Shown: one piece after another, positions 62,491 to 64,000 of the stretch
How positions within the stretch are numbered: the stretch's first letter is position 1
Layout: every line of letters starts with the position of its first letter
Assembly: GCA_028534125.1 (NCBI GenBank)
Contig: CM052823.1
Coordinates: 81,220,001-81,284,000, forward strand
Length of the DNA: 64,000 bases
Direction: 5' to 3'
Source: Lama glama
Lineage: Eukaryota
Made by a program: the position numbers and the translations under genes
The notes under the pieces: generated by a model
Seen by the model: only the letters and a program-made list of their open reading frames with translations
The model's database searches: none
Told to the model about the DNA's origin: nothing

Positions 62491-63064
62491 GTGAGACCTA
62501 CCCCCACTGCCTTCCCCCATCCCCATCCCTCACCTCCTCTCCCTTCCTCTCTCTTCCTCTAACACGGAGTGAATTGAGCTGATCTCCAACAGCAACCCAG
62601 ACAGGAGAACCACTTGTGCTAAGCTCACAGGAATGGACAGAGAACAGACTCCCAGGGCTCCTTCAGATGCCTCCCATGAAGGCCTGTTTGTGGAATCCTC
62701 TCCCCTGCTACGCCATCCACTATTCCTTTTATGCTCACCTCCTTGGATGTGCGAAGGGATCTAAACACACCCTGTAAAGCATTGAACCCTCACACGAATG
62801 AATGGGATCTGCAGGGCATTAACGTCCAGGTGAAGATGGGCAGGCAGGAGGCAGGAGGCAGGGTCCCAGGAAACCAAGTACGAAAGCAGAAAGGACAGAG
62901 TCAGCAGGTGAGAAACCAGTCTGGGTCCTGAGCAGGAATTAAGTACCTCACTAGTGATCAGGCCCAAAGACAACAGAGAGCCCAGAACAAGCTGGACCCC
63001 AAAAGGCTTTTATCCCAGGGGCTGTTCCCCTCCCTCCTGCAACCATCTTACCACTGTCTTGCAG
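62491..63064 (+). other. LIPC: LIPC intron 3 (574 nt, GT-AG)
   Basis: gtgaga...tcttgcag between in-frame exons 3 and 4. Confidence 0.95.
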
Positions 63065-63182
63065 GAATCTGTGCAATTTTCTCCAAGCAATGTTCATCTA
63101 ATTGGGTACAGCCTGGGTGCACACGTCTCAGGATTCGCCGGCAGTTACATGGGCAGAAAGCACAAGATTGGGAGAATTACAG
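63065..63182 (+). CDS. LIPC: Hepatic lipase coding exon 4 (118 nt) with the catalytic serine (GYSLG; Ser codon 63110-63112)
   Basis: Acceptor tcttgcag| and donor ACAG|gtaacc. Translates ESVQFSPSNVHLIGYSLGAHVSGFAGSYMGRKHKIGRIT(G), containing the lipase GxSxG nucleophile elbow VHLIGYSLGAH. Confidence 0.97.
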
Positions 63183-64000
63183 GTAACCATGCCTGGTAAC
63201 TAACTGTAATCTCCACAACAACACAGGGGCGTGGAGTGAGGACCCGCTTTTGCAACAGTCTCATAACGAACACACCCCGGGCTTCCCTCGAGCTGTATTA
63301 GAGTTCACCGGAGGACTCGAAGCATTGTTTCAAACATGACCACTGTCATTGACTGCTGTTCCAAGCGAATTCAGAGCCAATCACAGCCTCGCTTCCTGTT
63401 GCCTTTCCTCAGACAAATGCCTCTCATAGTCATGCCAGTCCTAAAAAGTAGGCTTTCTATACACTTTTGAAGCAGGAGTTTCTTTTTCAACTGATATCTT
63501 ACAAAGCCCAACGTGAGTTAAAGAATCATAGCCCTGAATTTGCTGTAACAACCACGTTAGTACCTCAGTTTCTGCATTTGTGAAACGCCCGGGTCTTACT
63601 CTGGGGCCCATTTGGCTTGAGGGAGGGATCTCTGCACCAAAAACCTTGCCCTCAGCTCTAAGTCAGCTTGGAAATGGCCCTAGATATCCTAGGAGAGCTG
63701 AAGACAGGCGGCCCCGACACTAGCCTCACTCCCAGAGCTACATTCAGAAGAAAAGACATGTCTTGGCTCCCCAGCCAAGTCCCTGAGGCCCACTGACTCC
63801 TACAGGGTAAAACTCAGGAGGGCCAGGCAAAGCCCTCCTCAGTATCATGTCCCCAGAGCTCTACAACTTCTCCGCCTACTGATCCCTTTCTGCAGTTCCA
63901 GGCTTCCATGACACCAGGCTTGCCTCCACTCTACAAACACGCCATGGTCTCCTGCTCTTCTGGGCCTTTGAAATCACCGTTTCCTCTGCCTGGAATAACT

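Noticed and set aside
1-64000. A previously undescribed multi-gene or mobile system
   Set aside because: What I can recognise is accounted for by LIPC exons, known repeat classes, small duplications and gaps. I found no intact transposase, retrogene, viral ORF or compositionally foreign segment.

Overview
Mammalian genomic DNA, most likely a camelid (inferred from five Vic-1-type tRNA-Ala-derived SINEs). The window is the + strand of the hepatic lipase gene LIPC: about 58.5 kb of the long first intron, then coding exons 2 (58483-58670), 3 (62308-62490) and 4 (63065-63182, catalytic GYSLG Ser) and the start of intron 4. Exon 1 and exons 5 onward lie outside the window. All three exons are open, in phase and GT-AG flanked. 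The rest is a typical eutherian repeat landscape: MIR, L2, old and young L1 3' ends, MaLR/ERVL LTRs, hAT and Tc1/mariner fossils, microsatellites and two assembly gaps. Almost all ORF-track entries are spurious. I see no evidence of a novel biological system. The points most worth a second look are a sense-strand MER53 hairpin carrying a miR-1302-like 21-mer, two dispersed short duplications about 1.2-1.4 kb apart, a Kanga/Tc2 fossil with a readable transposase HTH, nested insertions, and a few candidate enhancer motif clusters. Repeat family names and human LIPC comparisons come from recalled consensus sequences, not from a search; repeat boundaries are approximate unless a TSD is given.
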